Shown here piece by piece: positions 62,418 to 64,000 of a DNA stretch of 64,000 nucleotides. The notes beneath the pieces were generated by a model, which was not told where the DNA came from, did not search any database, and saw only the letters and a program-made list of their open reading frames with translations. Numbering within the stretch: position 1 is the first letter of the stretch; the number at the start of each line of letters is the position of its first letter. Position numbers and translations under genes: made by a program. The stretch lies in NCBI RefSeq assembly GCF_044647545.1, contig NZ_CP172818.1; one strand, given 5' to 3'. This DNA comes from Escherichia coli. GTDB taxonomy: Bacteria; Pseudomonadota; Gammaproteobacteria; Enterobacterales; Enterobacteriaceae.

Positions 62418-63250
62418 ATGGCTATCGAAATCAAAGTACCGGACATCGGGGCTGATGAAGTTGAAATCACCGAGATCCTGGTCAAAGTGGGCGACAAAGT
62501 TGAAGCCGAACAGTCGCTGATCACCGTAGAAGGCGACAAAGCCTCTATGGAAGTTCCGTCTCCGCAGGCGGGTATCGTTAAAGAGATCAAAGTCTCTGTT
62601 GGCGATAAAACCCAGACCGGCGCACTGATTATGATTTTCGATTCCGCCGACGGTGCAGCAGACGCTGCACCTGCTCAGGCAGAAGAGAAGAAAGAAGCAG
62701 CTCCGGCAGCAGCACCAGCGGCTGCCGCGGCAAAAGACGTTAACGTTCCGGATATCGGCAGCGACGAAGTTGAAGTGACCGAAATCCTGGTGAAAGTTGG
62801 CGATAAAGTTGAAGCTGAACAGTCGCTGATCACCGTAGAAGGCGACAAGGCTTCTATGGAAGTTCCGGCTCCGTTTGCTGGCACCGTGAAAGAGATCAAA
62901 GTGAACGTGGGTGACAAAGTGTCTACCGGCTCGCTGATTATGGTCTTCGAAGTCGCGGGTGAAGCAGGCGCGGCAGCTCCGGCGGCTAAACAGGAAGCAG
63001 CTCCGGCAGCGGCCTCTGCATCAGCAGCTGGCGTGAAAGAAGTTAACGTTCCGGATATCGGCGGTGACGAAGTTGAAGTGACCGAAGTGATGGTGAAAGT
63101 GGGCGACAAAGTTGCCGCTGAACAGTCACTGATCACCGTAGAAGGCGATAAAGCTTCTATGGAAGTTCCGGCTCCGTTTGCAGGCGTCGTGAAGGAACTG
63201 AAAGTCAACGTTGGCGATAAAGTGAAAACTGGCTCGCTGATTATGATCTT
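62418..63250 (+). repeat. three tandem ~300-bp lipoyl-domain repeats with Ala/Pro-rich linkers inside aceF
   Basis: Near-identical segments ...gatcaccgtagaaggcgacaa(a/g)gc(c/t)tctatggaagttccg... at about 62500, 62800 and 63100, each carrying the lipoyl-lysine DKASME motif. Confidence 0.9.
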
Positions 63251-64000
63251 CGAAGTTGAAGGCGCAGCGCCTGCGGCAGCTCCTGCGAAACAGGAAGCGG
63301 CAGCGCCGGCTCCGGCAGCAAAAGCTGAAGCTCCGGCAGCAGCTCCGGCTGCGAAAGCGGAAGGCAAATCTGAATTTGCTGAAAACGACGCTTACGTTCA
63401 CGCGACTCCGCTGATCCGCCGTCTGGCACGCGAGTTTGGCGTTAACCTGGCGAAAGTGAAGGGCACTGGCCGTAAAGGTCGTATCCTGCGCGAAGACGTT
63501 CAGGCTTACGTGAAAGAAGCTATCAAACGTGCAGAAGCGGCTCCGGCGGTGACTGGCGGCGGTATCCCAGGCATGCTGCCGTGGCCGAAAGTGGACTTCA
63601 GCAAGTTTGGTGAAATCGAAGAAGTGGAACTGGGCCGTATCCAGAAAATTTCTGGTGCGAACCTGAGCCGTAACTGGGTGATGATCCCGCATGTTACCCA
63701 CTTCGACAAAACCGATATCACCGAGCTGGAAGCGTTCCGTAAACAGCAGAACGAAGAAGCGGCGAAACGTAAGCTGGATGTGAAGATAACCCCAGTTGTC
63801 TTCATCATGAAAGCCGTTGCTGCAGCTCTTGAGCAGATGCCTCGCTTCAACAGTTCGCTGTCGGAAGACGGTCAGCGTCTGACCCTGAAGAAATACATCA
63901 ACATCGGTGTGGCGGTGGATACCCCGAACGGTCTGGTTGTTCCGGTATTCAAAGACGTCAACAAGAAAGGCATCATCGAGCTGTCTCGCGAGCTGATGAC
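62418..64000 (+). CDS. aceF: dihydrolipoyllysine acetyltransferase (PDH E2), 5' portion; continues past window end
   Basis: My translation [46 protein letters not shown]...; three lipoyl domains, then the E3-binding domain and the start of the catalytic domain. Confidence 0.95.
   Translation, partial: MAIEIKVPDIGADEVEITEILVKVGDKVEAEQSLITVEGDKASMEVPSPQAGIVKEIKVSVGDKTQTGALIMIFDSADGAADAAPAQAEEKKEAAPAAAPAAAAAKDVNVPDIGSDEVEVTEILVKVGDKVEAEQSLITVEGDKASMEVPAPFAGTVKEIKVNVGDKVSTGSLIMVFEVAGEAGAAAPAAKQEAAPAAASASAAGVKEVNVPDIGGDEVEVTEVMVKVGDKVAAEQSLITVEGDKASMEVPAPFAGVVKELKVNVGDKVKTGSLIMIFEVEGAAPAAAPAKQEAAAPAPAAKAEAPAAAPAAKAEGKSEFAENDAYVHATPLIRRLAREFGVNLAKVKGTGRKGRILREDVQAYVKEAIKRAEAAPAVTGGGIPGMLPWPKVDFSKFGEIEEVELGRIQKISGANLSRNWVMIPHVTHFDKTDITELEAFRKQQNEEAAKRKLDVKITPVVFIMKAVAAALEQMPRFNSSLSEDGQRLTLKKYINIGVAVDTPNGLVVPVFKDVNKKGIIELSRELM

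Noticed and set aside
62675-63701. Ala-rich 230-aa and 191-aa minus-strand ORFs
   Set aside because: Antisense to the aceF Ala/Pro-rich linker and lipoyl repeats; a compositional artefact.

Overview
This window reads as a core-chromosome segment of Escherichia coli with the K-12 gene order rapA'–polB–araDAB/araC–yabI–thiQPB–sgrR–sgrS/sgrT–leuDCBA–leuL–leuO–ilvIH–cra–dcw cluster (mraZ to ftsZ)–lpxC–secM–secA–mutT–yacG–zapD–coaE–guaC–hofCB–ppdD–nadC–ampDE–aroP–pdhR–aceE–aceF'. All identifications rest on reading the ORF-track proteins and my own translations against remembered E. coli proteins and synteny; no database search was run. I found no tRNA, rRNA, CRISPR array, IS element or prophage, and no convincing novel gene system. 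The main anomaly is a ~590-bp homopolymer-rich low-complexity tract at about 13120–13712, between the thiBPQ leader and the 3' end of sgrR, which most likely is a sequencing or assembly artefact and removes the native sgrR stop. Next to it, about 160 bp of normal-complexity DNA (12961–13120) is unassigned. The sugar-efflux gene setA, which lies between sgrS and leuD in K-12, is absent here, and sgrT is only 32 codons. Several REP-type intergenic regions appear shorter than I recall for MG1655, so this is probably a non-MG1655 strain. Everything else is ordinary, densely packed housekeeping DNA.
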